Shown here piece after piece: positions 28,729 to 37,552 of a stretch of 64,000 bases of DNA. Numbering within the stretch: position 1 is the stretch's first letter; every line of letters begins with the position of its first letter. This DNA comes from Candidatus Nomurabacteria bacterium GW2011_GWE2_34_25. GTDB lineage: Bacteria > Patescibacteriota > Minisyncoccia > Phycocordibacterales > UBA9973. A program made the position numbers and the translations under genes. The DNA lies in the NCBI GenBank assembly GCA_000990325.1, contig LBPS01000002.1, forward strand, positions 9,562 to 73,561. Direction: 5' to 3'. A model generated the notes under the pieces. The model saw only the letters and a list, made by a program, of their open reading frames with translations. It ran no database searches and was not told where the DNA came from.

Positions 28729-28730
28729 GT

Positions 28731-29912
28731 TTATTTATAGAATTTTTTAATTCTCTCCGACGCCTCTTTCACTTGTTTAAGTGGTGGTACTAAAGCAAAC
28801 CTTACAAAATTTTTTCCTGGATTAAATCCATCTTTATCTACATCAGAAATCCATGCTCCAGGGGTGACTACTATGGCGATATCTTTATCTAGAAGTTGTT
28901 TGGCAAATTCAACAGAATTAATTCCATTTGGAGTTTTAAGCCACAGGTAGAAAGTGGCTTCACTTTTACAATTTGTCCAACCTATTTGCTTAAAAGTTTC
29001 TAGCATTATATCTCTTTTTTCTTTATATTCATCTCGCATCTGTTTTGCATGAGCTTCATCATTTAGTGCAGAGATTGCAGAAGTTTGTATAAAGTCGGGA
29101 GTTCCTGAATCGATATTTGTTTTTAATTTTTTAAACTTTTCTATTATTCTCTGGTCTCCGGCAACCCAGCCGACTCGATACCCGGTCATATTGTTTCTCT
29201 TACTCAAAGAATAGAAAGTTATGATACCCTCCTTTGCAATCTCAAGTATTGAAATTGGTTTTTTGTCGAAATATGTATCTATATAGCACCCTTCATCGGC
29301 AGCTATAATTATATTGTGTTTGTGTGCCCAGTTTATCAATCCTTCATAGTATTCTTTCGTAGCGCATGCGCCAGTAGGGGAATTGGGATAATTAATCCAA
29401 ATTATTTTTGCTTTCTTTATTATATCTTCTGGTATGGATTGATAATCCAGCAAGAAGTCACTCTCTTCTTTCAAAGAAACAAAGTAAGGTATACCCCCTG
29501 CGAATATTGTTCCAGTCTTCATAGGAGGGTAGCCCGGGTTTGGAAGTATGACAATGTCACCCTCGTTTATAAAGGCTTGTGGAAAGTGAAATACTGCTTC
29601 TTTTGAGCCAAGTGTTGAGCAAATTTCAGTCTCACCGTCTATCCCTATTCCAAACCTTCTATTCATCCATCTGGAGACTGCTTGTCTGTATTCTTTCTGG
29701 CCTATATAGCTTGGATACCCAGCTTTTGAATATGAATCTAAGGCAATCTTTACAGCATCTCTCACAAACTCTGGAGTTTCGGCTGTTGGGTCTCCAACTC
29801 CAAAATCTATAGGAGTTACCCCCTCACTTTTAAGCTTAGCCACTATTTTGTTCACTTCATCGAAAGCGTAGCCTCCTATTTTATTTAATTTATCTGAGCC
29901 TGTTATATTCAT
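28731..29912 (-). CDS. Class I/II aminotransferase, LL-diaminopimelate aminotransferase (DapL)-like
   Basis: Fold-type I PLP enzyme; N-terminus GGYAFDEV...FGVGDPTAETPEFV resembles DapL; sits with dapA and dapB. Confidence 0.55.
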   Translation of the reverse strand: MNITGSDKLNKIGGYAFDEVNKIVAKLKSEGVTPIDFGVGDPTAETPEFVRDAVKIALDSYSKAGYPSYIGQKEYRQAVSRWMNRRFGIGIDGETEICSTLGSKEAVFHFPQAFINEGDIVILPNPGYPPMKTGTIFAGGIPYFVSLKEESDFLLDYQSIPEDIIKKAKIIWINYPNSPTGACATKEYYEGLINWAHKHNIIIAADEGCYIDTYFDKKPISILEIAKEGIITFYSLSKRNNMTGYRVGWVAGDQRIIEKFKKLKTNIDSGTPDFIQTSAISALNDEAHAKQMRDEYKEKRDIMLETFKQIGWTNCKSEATFYLWLKTPNGINSVEFAKQLLDKDIAIVVTPGAWISDVDKDGFNPGKNFVRFALVPPLKQVKEASERIKKFYK

Positions 29913-29940
29913 AATTTATTTGAATTTAAAGCGAAGCAAA

Positions 29941-30849
29941 TTATTTTATAATATCCATCTTTTTAAGTACTGCTTCTACCTGTCCTCCATTCTCTTCAGC
30001 TATTTCACACATTGGAAGTCGATAAATATTTTGGCATAGTCCCATTTTGTATGATGCATACTTTACTGGGATTGGATTCGTCTCTATGAAAAGTATTTTG
30101 AATAAGTCGGCTAGTTTTGCATTTACTTCTTCTGCATTTGCAAAATCTTTCTTAAGAGCACTACTTACCATTTCTACCATGTCTTTGGGAACTATGTTTG
30201 AAGCGACTGATATGATCCCATCTGCTTCGTAATTTTTTATTATTTCAAGTGTTATATTGTCATCCCCTGAGAGAACAGTGAAGTCATTTAACTCTAGTTC
30301 GCACGCAGACTTGATCTGGTTCAGATCTCCCGAAGCTTCTTTAACCCCTACAATGTTTTTTACTTCTGTGGCTAGTTTATACAAAGTAGTAGTTTCTAAA
30401 TTTACCCCTGTACGTCCTTTTATATTGTACAAAAATACAGGAAGACTAGTGGATTCTGCTATTGTTTTAAAATGAAGATAGAGGCCTTTTTGAGTAGGCT
30501 TGTTGTAGTAGGGATTCACAAGTAGCACTATGTCTGCTCCTGCTTCTTCTGCAGATTTTGTCTTCTCGACTGACTTCTTCGTATTGTTCGTGCCAGTCCC
30601 TGCCATTATAAAACACTTATCACCTACTTTTTCTTTGGCTCTTTTGATAAGATCTATACATTCTTCATCGGTTATAGTTGGGGACTCTCCTGTAGTTCCA
30701 TTGATTATGATTCCTGTTACTTTCGCTTCCACTTGTCTTTCTATAAGCTTATCGAAAGATCTCCAATCTATACTCCCGTCTTCATTGAAGGGGGTTATCA
30801 TTGCTGTCCACACACCTTTGTATTTGTTGTTTTCCATATTATTTTTCAT
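29941..30849 (-). CDS. dapA: 4-hydroxy-tetrahydrodipicolinate synthase
   Basis: GTTGESPTIT motif; 302-aa TIM-barrel lyase family. Confidence 0.85.
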   Translation of the reverse strand: MKNNMENNKYKGVWTAMITPFNEDGSIDWRSFDKLIERQVEAKVTGIIINGTTGESPTITDEECIDLIKRAKEKVGDKCFIMAGTGTNNTKKSVEKTKSAEEAGADIVLLVNPYYNKPTQKGLYLHFKTIAESTSLPVFLYNIKGRTGVNLETTTLYKLATEVKNIVGVKEASGDLNQIKSACELELNDFTVLSGDDNITLEIIKNYEADGIISVASNIVPKDMVEMVSSALKKDFANAEEVNAKLADLFKILFIETNPIPVKYASYKMGLCQNIYRLPMCEIAEENGGQVEAVLKKMDIIK

Positions 30850-31579
30850 TTAGAAAATCATTCATATTAAATAGACCTTTTTTGTTCTCCATCCACTCTA
30901 TTGCCTTGACCGCCCCTAGTGCATACCCGCCCCTGTCTCTTGCACTGTGCGTGATAGTGATAGTGTCTGACGCTGAATCAAAACCTACAGTGTGACTGAA
31001 GTTTACAGGCCCACCTCGTGTTGAAGAGAAGTGAATTTCATTTGGTTCTATTTTTCTATCTAGTTTGTCGTAAAATACTTCACTTTTTCTTCCTATTTTC
31101 TCCAAGAGTATTTTTGCTATTTCTTTAGCTGTACCTGAGGGGGAGTCTGACTTGTTCTTGTGATGTAGTTCTGTACCCCAGATGTCATATTCATCATACT
31201 CATTTATTAGCTCTCCTGCTTTCGCTATTATTTGATAGTACATATTTACTCCGATAGAGAAGTTGGCTGACCACATTATTCCGATATCATTTTCTTTTGC
31301 AATTTTTTCAATTTCAGGTAGTTTTTCGTACCAGCCAGTTGTTCCAATTACTAGATTCTTCTTTGCGAGGGCTACTCTCTTGGCATTTTCTATTATAGAT
31401 GAAGACTCCGAAAAGTCGACAACTAAGTCAACGTCTTCTAGGGGTGCTTCGTTTGTAGTTTTATGAGTTGCCTCTTTGTTGTTGGGATCTATGGTGATAT
31501 CTACTTTGTGTCCTTTAGATTCTGCTATTTCTTTGACAGACTTTCCCATAGAACCAAGACCGATAATAGCTATACGCAT
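30839..31579 (-). CDS. dapB: 4-hydroxy-tetrahydrodipicolinate reductase
   Basis: N-terminal Rossmann MRIAIIGLGSMGKSV; 246 aa. Confidence 0.8.
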   Translation of the reverse strand: MRIAIIGLGSMGKSVKEIAESKGHKVDITIDPNNKEATHKTTNEAPLEDVDLVVDFSESSSIIENAKRVALAKKNLVIGTTGWYEKLPEIEKIAKENDIGIMWSANFSIGVNMYYQIIAKAGELINEYDEYDIWGTELHHKNKSDSPSGTAKEIAKILLEKIGRKSEVFYDKLDRKIEPNEIHFSSTRGGPVNFSHTVGFDSASDTITITHSARDRGGYALGAVKAIEWMENKKGLFNMNDFLNEK

Positions 31580-31674
31580 ATATTGTATTAAAAGTTAAAT
31601 AGTTTTTAATGTATAAATTCTAGCAAAAATAGGGATTTTTTGCTAGAAAGATTTATTTTTGATAGAATTTAAAA

Positions 31675-32697
31675 ATGCAAAACAAAAAACTAGCTATTGT
31701 AGGGGTGACTGGTTTGGTAGGGCAAGAAGTTTTAAATATATTAGTTTCAAAAAAGATTGTTCCCGATATAGACGTGGACAATCTACTGTTTGTGGCCTCA
31801 GATAAATCTGTAGGGAAGGTTATTTCTTTTTTAGGAAAAGAAGTCAAGGTAATATCTGTTGAAGACGCGATTTTAGAAAAGCCAGACTATGTGATCATGT
31901 CAGCTGGAGCAACTCTTTCAAAAGAAGTTGCCCCCAGATTTGTCGAAGGGGGAGCTATTGTCATAGACAATTCATCTGCATGGAGAACTTTCCCCGAAAT
32001 TCCACTTATTGTTCCAAGTATTCCAAACCCTCTTTTAGATTTAAATATGAAGTCTGGCATTATTGCCAATCCAAACTGTGTTGCAATTATGATCGCTATT
32101 GCCATCGCTCCTTTCTCTAGTATGGGTGTAGATATGGTACTGGTGAGTGTTATGCAGTCTGTTTCAGGAGCAGGGTATAAAGGTATAAATGCTTTAAGAG
32201 AAGAGTTAGAAAATAACGACGGGGTAAAAGCTTCCATGTCTTCGTTTGTTTCAAATATTGCAAACAATATAATTCCTGCCTCGGCTATGAGTAGTACCGT
32301 TCCAAAATATAATGATGAAGAAGCTAAGATGATGTTTGAAGTTCCAAAGATTTTAGGTAAGTCGGTAAAGTTCTCCTCTCAATCCTGTAGAGTTCCTGTG
32401 GCAAGAGGGCATAGTGCGATGATGCGAGTTTTCTTTAAAGAAGAACAAGATGAAGCAAACTTGATAGATATTCTAAAAAAGGCACCCCAGATCAAATATT
32501 CCGAAGAACCTCTTGGTCCTTATGATACAGTTGGTAAAGATTATGTAATAGTTAGAAGCTTCCGCCAAGATATCAACAACAAGAATGTCTTTGAATTCTT
32601 CGTAGCTTCAGACAATCTTCGTGTTGGGGCTGCTTATAATGCAGTCGCTATATTGGGGAAATTATTAGGTGTATATAACGAGAAGAATTATTCTTAA
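31675..32697 (+). CDS. asd: Aspartate-semialdehyde dehydrogenase
   Basis: N-terminal AIVGVTGLVGQE and active-site IANPNC. Confidence 0.85.
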   Translation: MQNKKLAIVGVTGLVGQEVLNILVSKKIVPDIDVDNLLFVASDKSVGKVISFLGKEVKVISVEDAILEKPDYVIMSAGATLSKEVAPRFVEGGAIVIDNSSAWRTFPEIPLIVPSIPNPLLDLNMKSGIIANPNCVAIMIAIAIAPFSSMGVDMVLVSVMQSVSGAGYKGINALREELENNDGVKASMSSFVSNIANNIIPASAMSSTVPKYNDEEAKMMFEVPKILGKSVKFSSQSCRVPVARGHSAMMRVFFKEEQDEANLIDILKKAPQIKYSEEPLGPYDTVGKDYVIVRSFRQDINNKNVFEFFVASDNLRVGAAYNAVAILGKLLGVYNEKNYS

Positions 32698-32698
32698 T

Positions 32699-33607
32699 AT
32701 GGAAATACAAGTATTTAAATGTGGGGGTAAATTTTTTGTTTCAAATATTATTCAATCGTTTTTTAACGAATTAAAAGACAAGATAGAAAGTCATAGAACT
32801 GTTTTTGTTATTTCAGCCATGGCAGGTATTACTAGACTTCTTCGACTTATTTTCATAATAAAAACAGAAGTAAAAATAGACGAAGAATTAAAGACTCTCA
32901 TGATATCGCTCTGTATGAATGAATTTAAGAGGTACCACACTGAATTTATTTTTAAATTATTCTCTGAGACAGATAGGGGGGCGGTGATCGATAATTTTGA
33001 ACTATTGTTTAGTAAATTAGAAGGTACTATCAATCTTTATAAATCAGAAGATAGAAAGGACTTATTTTATGCATCAGTATTGCAATACGGCGAAATTGCT
33101 AGTTCGGAGATTTTAAGTAAGTATATAAATACTTTAGGTATAAAGAATAAATGGTTTGATGCGAGAGAGTATGTAGTAACCGACAGTAATTACAGAGAAG
33201 CCGAAATTTTAAATATTAAAAATGATTTTAAAGAATTTTTTAAGGAGGGAGATATTCTCATTACTCAAGGTTTTATCGGTCGTGATGAAAAAGGGGAGAA
33301 TACAGTCGTCGGGTTTGATGGTAGTGACTACTCAGCAGCAGAGTTTGCTAATTCTCTTTCAGAGTCTGGTGGGGAGGTTTCTCTTACTTACTGGAAGGAT
33401 GTCGATGGAGTTTACGAGGAGAACCCTGTGAAGAACCCTGAAGCCAAATTAATAGACCAGATGACCCGCAAGGAATATATACAAAATACAGTAAAGAACA
33501 ATTCCTTCGTTGTTCGCCCTGATTCTATCTCAAGCCTAAACGAAAACATTGAAGTCACCATCCGCTCCTTCATGAACTTCGAAAATCAGGGCACAAAAAT
33601 AAAATAA
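32699..33607 (+). CDS. lysC: Short aspartokinase (amino-acid-kinase domain; reduced ACT region)
   Basis: VFKCGGKF...VFVISAMAGITRLL kinase motifs. Start moved to ATG 32699 (MEIQVFKCGG), immediately after the asd stop. Confidence 0.6.
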   Translation: MEIQVFKCGGKFFVSNIIQSFFNELKDKIESHRTVFVISAMAGITRLLRLIFIIKTEVKIDEELKTLMISLCMNEFKRYHTEFIFKLFSETDRGAVIDNFELLFSKLEGTINLYKSEDRKDLFYASVLQYGEIASSEILSKYINTLGIKNKWFDAREYVVTDSNYREAEILNIKNDFKEFFKEGDILITQGFIGRDEKGENTVVGFDGSDYSAAEFANSLSESGGEVSLTYWKDVDGVYEENPVKNPEAKLIDQMTRKEYIQNTVKNNSFVVRPDSISSLNENIEVTIRSFMNFENQGTKIK

Positions 33608-33671
33608 TTTTAGGAATGATGTATGAGGCCTTGCCTCACACATCATCATAAAAACATATTTAATAGTTGCG

Positions 33672-33688
33672 CACAGGTCAGACCTGTG
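33672..33688. repeat. REP-like palindrome CACAGGTC-A-GACCTGTG (copy 1, upstream of transposase)
   Basis: Perfect palindrome read from sequence. Confidence 0.8.
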
Positions 33689-33720
33689 ACATATCTATTT
33701 AATATGATAATATAATAGAT

Positions 33721-34401
33721 ATGGCTATTCGAGATAAAAATTTAGTTCCAGAAGAATATTATCATTTGTATAATCGTGGAAATGATAAAAAGAAAATTTT
33801 TTTAGACGAAGAAGATTATGATCGTTTTGTAAAGCTATTATACATATGTAACTCCAAAAAAGAATTCAAATTTAAATATTCTGTAATACGAAGTAAAATA
33901 GATGCTTTTGATTTCGAAAGAGGAGAACCCCTAGTTTCTGTTCTTTCTTGGGTTTTAATGCCGAACCATTTTCACATAATTTTAATTTGTCACAGGTCCG
34001 ACCTGTGTACCGAGAAGTATAATCCTATTACAGAATTCATGAGAAAGGTTTCTACTGCATATGTAATGTATTTTAATAAAAAGTATGAAAGAACAGGAGG
34101 ATTGTTTGAGGGTAGGTTTAAATCAAGACACATAGGAGAAGAAAATTATTTTAATTATATTTTTTCTTATGTACACTTAAACCCTATAAAGTTAATTCAG
34201 AAAGATTGGAAAGAGAAAGGGATTTTTGACAAGAATAAAGCTAAAGATTTTCTAGAAAATTATAAATATTCTAGTTTTCAGGATTATTTTGGTAAAAAGA
34301 GGAAAGAAGAGGGAATAATAGATAAAAAGTCTATTCCTGAGTATTGCCTTTGTAATCATGCAAAAGACCTATTTGTGTGGATTAATAAAGGTGCATATTA
34401 G
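33721..34401 (+). CDS. IS200/IS605-family HUH (Y1) transposase, REP-associated tyrosine transposase (RAYT)-like
   Basis: HUH motif MPNHFHIIL and catalytic Tyr region YVHLNP; flanked by REP palindromes. An in-frame REP copy encodes ICHRSDLC right after the HUH motif. Confidence 0.7.
   Translation: MAIRDKNLVPEEYYHLYNRGNDKKKIFLDEEDYDRFVKLLYICNSKKEFKFKYSVIRSKIDAFDFERGEPLVSVLSWVLMPNHFHIILICHRSDLCTEKYNPITEFMRKVSTAYVMYFNKKYERTGGLFEGRFKSRHIGEENYFNYIFSYVHLNPIKLIQKDWKEKGIFDKNKAKDFLENYKYSSFQDYFGKKRKEEGIIDKKSIPEYCLCNHAKDLFVWINKGAY
33991..34007. repeat. REP-like palindrome CACAGGTC-C-GACCTGTG (copy 2, inside the transposase ORF, in frame)
   Basis: Perfect palindrome within coding sequence. Confidence 0.8.
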
Positions 34402-34405
34402 TTGT

Positions 34406-34422
34406 CACAGGTCGGACCTGTG
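34406..34422. repeat. REP-like palindrome CACAGGTC-G-GACCTGTG (copy 3, 5 nt after the transposase stop)
   Basis: Perfect palindrome. Confidence 0.8.
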
Positions 34423-34493
34423 AATGCTTCTAGACATATTGTGAATATTTTATACAGGCCATCACTAATATTATTTAGTGAAAATTTTAGTAT

Positions 34494-35090
34494 ATGATAC
34501 AATATACTTATATGAAAATAGGAATAACTCTTACATCTTCACTCTCGGTCGGGCAAGAATATATTAATCTTACTCGTACTGTTGCCGAGATTCTTGCTCG
34601 CGAAGGATTTAGTATTGTGTATGGAGGTACTGAATATGGAATGATGGCCGAGCTTGCAAAAAGTTACAAAGAAGCCGGTGGCACTGAATTGATTGGTGTT
34701 ATGTCTGAAGAATTAAAAAGTGTAACAAAAGGATATAAGGCATTTGAAAATCTTGATAAAACTATTTGGACAAATCAAATGGGTGAACGTATCCGTACAA
34801 TTAGTGATATTTCTGATGGATTTGTGATTCTTCCAGGAGGGTATGGGACTCTCGAAGAGATAATGAGTATCGTAGGAGGAAAAGCTAATAAAATTTATGA
34901 CAAACCTATTATTGTATTAAATCATAGTCATTATTACGATACTCTACTTTCATTTTTTGATGAAATGCAAAAAAAGCAATTTAGTAAGATTAAAATACAA
35001 GAATTAGTCCATGTATGTGAAAATCCAGATGATATAGTAAATTACTTTAAATCTTATTCTCAAACTATTTTGCCTGATAAGTTTGTGTAG
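34494..35090 (+). CDS. LOG-family protein (cytokinin riboside 5'-monophosphate phosphoribohydrolase-like Rossmann protein)
   Basis: PGGYGTLEE and GxGxxG-type motifs of LOG/TIGR00730 family. Confidence 0.75.
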   Translation: MIQYTYMKIGITLTSSLSVGQEYINLTRTVAEILAREGFSIVYGGTEYGMMAELAKSYKEAGGTELIGVMSEELKSVTKGYKAFENLDKTIWTNQMGERIRTISDISDGFVILPGGYGTLEEIMSIVGGKANKIYDKPIIVLNHSHYYDTLLSFFDEMQKKQFSKIKIQELVHVCENPDDIVNYFKSYSQTILPDKFV

Positions 35091-35212
35091 ATCTCTGAAC
35101 ATTCTCTTAATTTCGGAGTTATTTAATATAAAAAACCAAAGAAACACAAAAAACCATGAAAATTTCGTAAATTTCATACATACAATTTCATACATACAAC
35201 TAAAATCTGCTC

Positions 35213-35241
35213 TTGACAATAGTGACCACAAGGAATAATCT
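35213..35241 (+). promoter_or_regulatory. Sigma70-like promoter TTGACA-N17-TAATCT upstream of 35298 gene, preceded by direct repeat TTCATACATACAA x2
   Basis: Consensus -35 with 17-nt spacer to a -10-like hexamer; about 55 nt upstream of the ATG. Confidence 0.4.
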
Positions 35242-35297
35242 TAAAGAAAACAATTTTTAACTAAAAATCAATTTTTTAACTCTTTAAATTTATAGCC

Positions 35298-35867
35298 ATG
35301 AAAAAAATTATTGCATTAATTGTTATTTTTTGTGCTTTCAATGTAGCACGAGTAGAGGCGCAGATTGATTCAAAACCAGTTGCAGAATTTGAATTTACTG
35401 TTCCCACTTCTTACGATCACGATAATCAAATTGACGTATCGGTGAAGAGAGCAAAGCTAGATAAGCTTTATTCATCTGTTGAAAATTTAACAAGTGAAAA
35501 TTTTGCTAAAGTTACTAATAAATTAGTCTCTGGGAAAACTTACATTGTTAAAATTTTCGAAATGAATCCTGAAGGAGCAACAAGTCAAGAATGTTTGGCT
35601 TTTTTAAAAAATCAAGATGTCATTTTGGTTGGAGCTCAAGGTTTAACTCTCGTGTATGATCTAATGAAAGAAAAATTACCGAAAGATAAAGTAATTTTTT
35701 CTTTTGATAAAAAAGAAAATCTATGGACTTCTTCTGATGGGAATCACGGAATTCCTTTTCTAAGGACATACACAAAAGAAGAAGGTGATTATGCTTTTGG
35801 TGTAAACACTTTTGAGTATGACTTTGTTGGCAATAATGGTTGCCTGATGGCTTTCTTTGAAAAGTAA
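35298..35867 (+). CDS. Secreted hypothetical protein (signal peptide MKKIIALIVIFCAFNVARVEA)
   Basis: 189 aa with classic signal peptide. Confidence 0.5.
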   Translation: MKKIIALIVIFCAFNVARVEAQIDSKPVAEFEFTVPTSYDHDNQIDVSVKRAKLDKLYSSVENLTSENFAKVTNKLVSGKTYIVKIFEMNPEGATSQECLAFLKNQDVILVGAQGLTLVYDLMKEKLPKDKVIFSFDKKENLWTSSDGNHGIPFLRTYTKEEGDYAFGVNTFEYDFVGNNGCLMAFFEK

Positions 35868-35962
35868 CATTTTTAATTAGTTGAATTATAAATTTGAGCG
35901 AGGATTTTATCCCCGCTCATTTTTAATTTCTGAAAAATCGGACATTTTGGTATGATAGGAGA

Positions 35963-36850
35963 ATGGTAGTAGATACAGAAGGGATAAAAAAAGAAATAGA
36001 GAAGCTTGAGAATGATATGATCCAGGGGGATTTCTGGTCTGATAAAGTAAGGGCCCAAGAATCTATTAAGAAATTGGGTGAACTTAAGGATGAACTTTTA
36101 GGCAGTGAGAAATACGATAAAGGTAATGCTATCCTTTCTATTCTCTCGGGGGCTGGGGGAGATGATGCGGAGGACTTCTCGGGAATGCTTCTTCATATGT
36201 ATTTAAAATATATTGAAAACAAGGGCTGGCAAGCAACATTAATTCATGAAAACAAGAATGATGTAGGAGGGTATCGTAATGTATCTATAGAAATCACAGG
36301 CAAGAGTGCTTATGGTACGCTTAAGAATGAGTCTGGAGTCCATCGCCTTGTACGCATTTCACCATTTAATGCAAATGCGAAGAGGCATACCTCCTTTTCT
36401 TTAGTTGAAGTTATTCCTAAATTAGAAAAGAACAACGATGTCATAGTCATACCCCCAGAAGATTTGAAAATTGAATTTTCAAAGTCAGGTGGCCCTGGTG
36501 GGCAGAATGTAAATAAAAGGGAAACAGCCGTTCGAGTCGTTCACTTACCTACCAGTATATCCGTAGCAGTTTCGACAGAACGTTCCCAAGAGCAGAATCG
36601 TGAAAAAGCAATAGAAATGCTAAAAGGCAAGCTTTTCAAGAAAAGGGAAGTTGACGAAGCTCGAGAAAAGGCCGGACTCTCCATTTCAAAGACAACAGAG
36701 ATAGAGTGGGGAAGCCAAATCCGCTCATATGTACTCCATCCTTACAAGATGGTCAAGGATCATAGGACAGGAGTAGAACTTCGGGATGTTGACGCCGTGC
36801 TCGAAAGTGGCATGATAGATGAATTTATTGTTGCGGAGGCAACATTGTGA
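35963..36850 (+). CDS. prfB: Peptide chain release factor 2
   Basis: SPF tripeptide (RISPFNANAKRHTSF) and GGQ motif (GGPGGQNVNK). Confidence 0.85.
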   Translation: MVVDTEGIKKEIEKLENDMIQGDFWSDKVRAQESIKKLGELKDELLGSEKYDKGNAILSILSGAGGDDAEDFSGMLLHMYLKYIENKGWQATLIHENKNDVGGYRNVSIEITGKSAYGTLKNESGVHRLVRISPFNANAKRHTSFSLVEVIPKLEKNNDVIVIPPEDLKIEFSKSGGPGGQNVNKRETAVRVVHLPTSISVAVSTERSQEQNREKAIEMLKGKLFKKREVDEAREKAGLSISKTTEIEWGSQIRSYVLHPYKMVKDHRTGVELRDVDAVLESGMIDEFIVAEATL

Positions 36851-36866
36851 TAAAATTAGAGAATTA

Positions 36867-37547
36867 ATGATTTACTTTGATAATGTTACAAAAAAATATA
36901 AAGATAATTCTTCCCTAGAAGAGGTAACCTTGTCTATTACTGCAGGAGAATTCGTCTCTATCGTTGGACATTCAGGAGCAGGTAAGACTACTCTCACCAA
37001 GCTTATACTGGCCGAAGAGGCTCCAACATCTGGAACTGTTTTTTTTGAATCTACAGATATTCACAAGCTTTCTAAACGTGACCTTATGAATTTCCGTCGC
37101 AAGGTTGGTGTTGTTTTTCAAGATTTTCGCTTATTACAAGGCAAGACAGCTTATGAAAATATTTCCTTTGCTATGGAAGCAACCGGGAAGAGCGATGAAG
37201 ATATCATAGAAGATGTGCCTCATGTCCTAGAGCTTGTTGATCTTACCAATAGAGCTTTTCATTTCCCCCATCAGCTTTCAGGTGGAGAGAAGCAACGTCT
37301 AGCTATTGCTCGTGCTATAATCACTCAGCCAGATTTAATAATAGCAGATGAACCTACTGGTAATCTTGATCCGACAAATGCCGCTGAAGTCATAAACATT
37401 CTTAAAAAGATTAATTCGCTAGGAACTACTGTGATCCTCACTACTCACAACAAGGGAATAGTAGACCAAATAAATAAACGAGTTATAACTCTTGAAAATG
37501 GTCGCATAATCAGAGATGATAAAGAAGGTAAATATATGTTAAAATAG
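36867..37547 (+). CDS. ftsE: Cell-division ABC ATPase FtsE
   Basis: Start moved to MIYFDNVTKKY; Walker A GHSGAGKTT, signature LSGGEKQR, Walker B IIADEPTGNLD. Confidence 0.85.
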   Translation: MIYFDNVTKKYKDNSSLEEVTLSITAGEFVSIVGHSGAGKTTLTKLILAEEAPTSGTVFFESTDIHKLSKRDLMNFRRKVGVVFQDFRLLQGKTAYENISFAMEATGKSDEDIIEDVPHVLELVDLTNRAFHFPHQLSGGEKQRLAIARAIITQPDLIIADEPTGNLDPTNAAEVINILKKINSLGTTVILTTHNKGIVDQINKRVITLENGRIIRDDKEGKYMLK

Positions 37548-37552
37548 AATAT

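Noticed and set aside
35881-35975. Possible programmed +1 frameshift at the start of prfB: the upstream frame reads ...SEKSDILV-UGA, reminiscent of RF2 ...SDVLRGYL-UGA-D
   Set aside because: The canonical shifty site CUU UGA C with an upstream Shine-Dalgarno-like element is absent. The only CTTTGA in the area (35855-35860) is about 100 nt upstream, inside the preceding gene. The UGA follows GUA, which re-pairs poorly. Alignment of the conserved post-shift Asp places it at codon 4 of the ATG-initiated ORF, with no stop codon directly before it. The simplest reading is an unshifted prfB starting at 35963.
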